Assembly (NCBI GenBank): GCA_035937515.1
Contig: DASZHW010000156.1
Coordinates: 4,958-68,957 of the forward strand
Direction: 5' to 3'
Length of the DNA: 64,000 nt
From: Terriglobales bacterium
Lineage (GTDB): Bacteria; Acidobacteriota; Terriglobia; Terriglobales; Acidobacteriaceae
The notes below the pieces were generated by a model, which saw only the letters and a program-made list of their open reading frames with translations, did not search any database and was not told the DNA's origin. Below are positions 63,051 to 64,000 of the stretch, in pieces. Position 1 is the stretch's first letter. The number at the start of each line of letters is the position of its first letter. The position numbers and the translations under genes were made by a program.

Positions 63051-64000
63051 ATGCCGGAAACAAAAAGCCGGTCGGCGAACCGCAACGTGGTCATCATTGG
63101 CGGCGGCCACAACGGACTGGTCACCGCCTTCTACCTGGCTAAGGCCGGATTCAAACCGCTGGTACTGGAGCGCCGCGGCCAAACGGGTGGCGCTGCCATC
63201 ACCGAAGAATTTCATCCCGGATTCCGCTGCTCCACTCTCGCCCACGCTGCCGGCCCGCTGCGGCCCGACATTGTCCGGGACATGCAACTGGAGAAGCACG
63301 GCCTCAAAATGATTATGCCCGAGGTCGAAGTAACTTCGCTCACCCCTGACGGCCGCGCGCTCACGCTTTACAGAGATACGGAAAAATCCTGCCAGGAGAT
63401 TGCGAAGTTTTCCCAGAAGGACGCCACCAAGTATCCCCAGTTCCAGAGTTCGCTGGCCAAGATGGGCCGGGTGATTGGCAAAGCGCTCACCCTGGCTCCG
63501 CCGGACATTGACAATCCAACCTCAGGCGATCTCTGGGGCATGCTCAATACCGGCCGCTCCATCCGCAAGCTGGGCCGGCGTGATATGTACCGTCTGCTGC
63601 GCTGGGGCCCGATGGCGGTGGCCGATCTGGTGGCAGAGTATTTCGAGACCGAACTGCTGCGCGCCACCATCGCCGCCCGCGGAATCTTTGGCACCTTCCT
63701 GGGGCCGTGGTCCGCAGGGAGCAGTCTGGTCCTGCTTATCCGGGCGGCGGGCGACGAGCATCCTGCGGGAAGTTGTTGGTTCGCCGCAGGAGGCATGGGC
63801 GCGGTCACCCAGGCGATGGCCTCCGCGGCGCAGCAAGCCGGCGCTGAAATCCGAACCGGAGCGGAAGTCATTGAAGTTCGGGTCAAGGACGGTGCGGCCA
63901 GCGGAGTTGTGCTCTCGAACGGCGAAGAGATCAGCGCCCGGGCGGTCATCTCCAACGCGGATCCCAAGCGCACACTCCTCAAATTGGTGGACCCGGCACA
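63051..64000 (+). CDS. second CrtI-family FAD-dependent oxidoreductase (partial, runs off window)
   Basis: My own translation gives MPETKSRSANRNVVIIGGGHNGLVTAFYLAKAGFKPLVLE..., open to the window end. Paralogous to the upstream gene. Confidence 0.8.
   Translation, partial: MPETKSRSANRNVVIIGGGHNGLVTAFYLAKAGFKPLVLERRGQTGGAAITEEFHPGFRCSTLAHAAGPLRPDIVRDMQLEKHGLKMIMPEVEVTSLTPDGRALTLYRDTEKSCQEIAKFSQKDATKYPQFQSSLAKMGRVIGKALTLAPPDIDNPTSGDLWGMLNTGRSIRKLGRRDMYRLLRWGPMAVADLVAEYFETELLRATIAARGIFGTFLGPWSAGSSLVLLIRAAGDEHPAGSCWFAAGGMGAVTQAMASAAQQAGAEIRTGAEVIEVRVKDGAASGVVLSNGEEISARAVISNADPKRTLLKLVDPA

Overview
High-GC (about 60% by eye) chromosomal segment. Its gene content and protein architectures look acidobacterial; this is an inference, since no rRNA or other marker is present. 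It is densely packed with housekeeping genes on both strands. These include hutU, a three-gene secretin plus two GspG-like pseudopilin cluster, smpB, a Tat-signal beta-carbonic anhydrase, pepA and an RNase E/G gene with a very large internal insertion. The complete cell-shape operon mreB-mreC-mreD-mrdA-rodA is present. Also present are two aldehyde dehydrogenases, an aminotransferase, HtrA/DegP, an NhaP-type antiporter, an ArsR-SRPBCC-DUF899 operon, an M20 peptidase/amidohydrolase pair, truA, a TolC-like protein, lpxD, two tandem APC permeases, a GcvT-like protein and two tandem CrtI-like oxidoreductases. I found no tRNA, rRNA, CRISPR array, transposase/integrase, prophage or recognisable defence or toxin-antitoxin system, and I cannot point to a convincing novel multi-gene protein system. 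The most unusual signal is non-coding. Many intergenic spacers, including those inside the mre operon, are built almost entirely from short-period repeats. One class is exact period-7 heptamer arrays, often as inverted pairs running from a stop codon to the next start codon. A second class is roughly 10-nt-period CCTCNGTGG / CTTTGCG hairpins that carry SD-like and anti-SD-like cores. There is also one 13-nt x4 tandem repeat. Secondary points of interest are a roughly 435-aa charged insertion inside the S1 region of RNase E/G, a secretin with a C-terminal cohesin-like module, a LuxR-type regulator lacking the phospho-acceptor Asp, and two unannotated small ORFs. All family calls come from my own motif recognition of the translated ORFs; no database search was possible.
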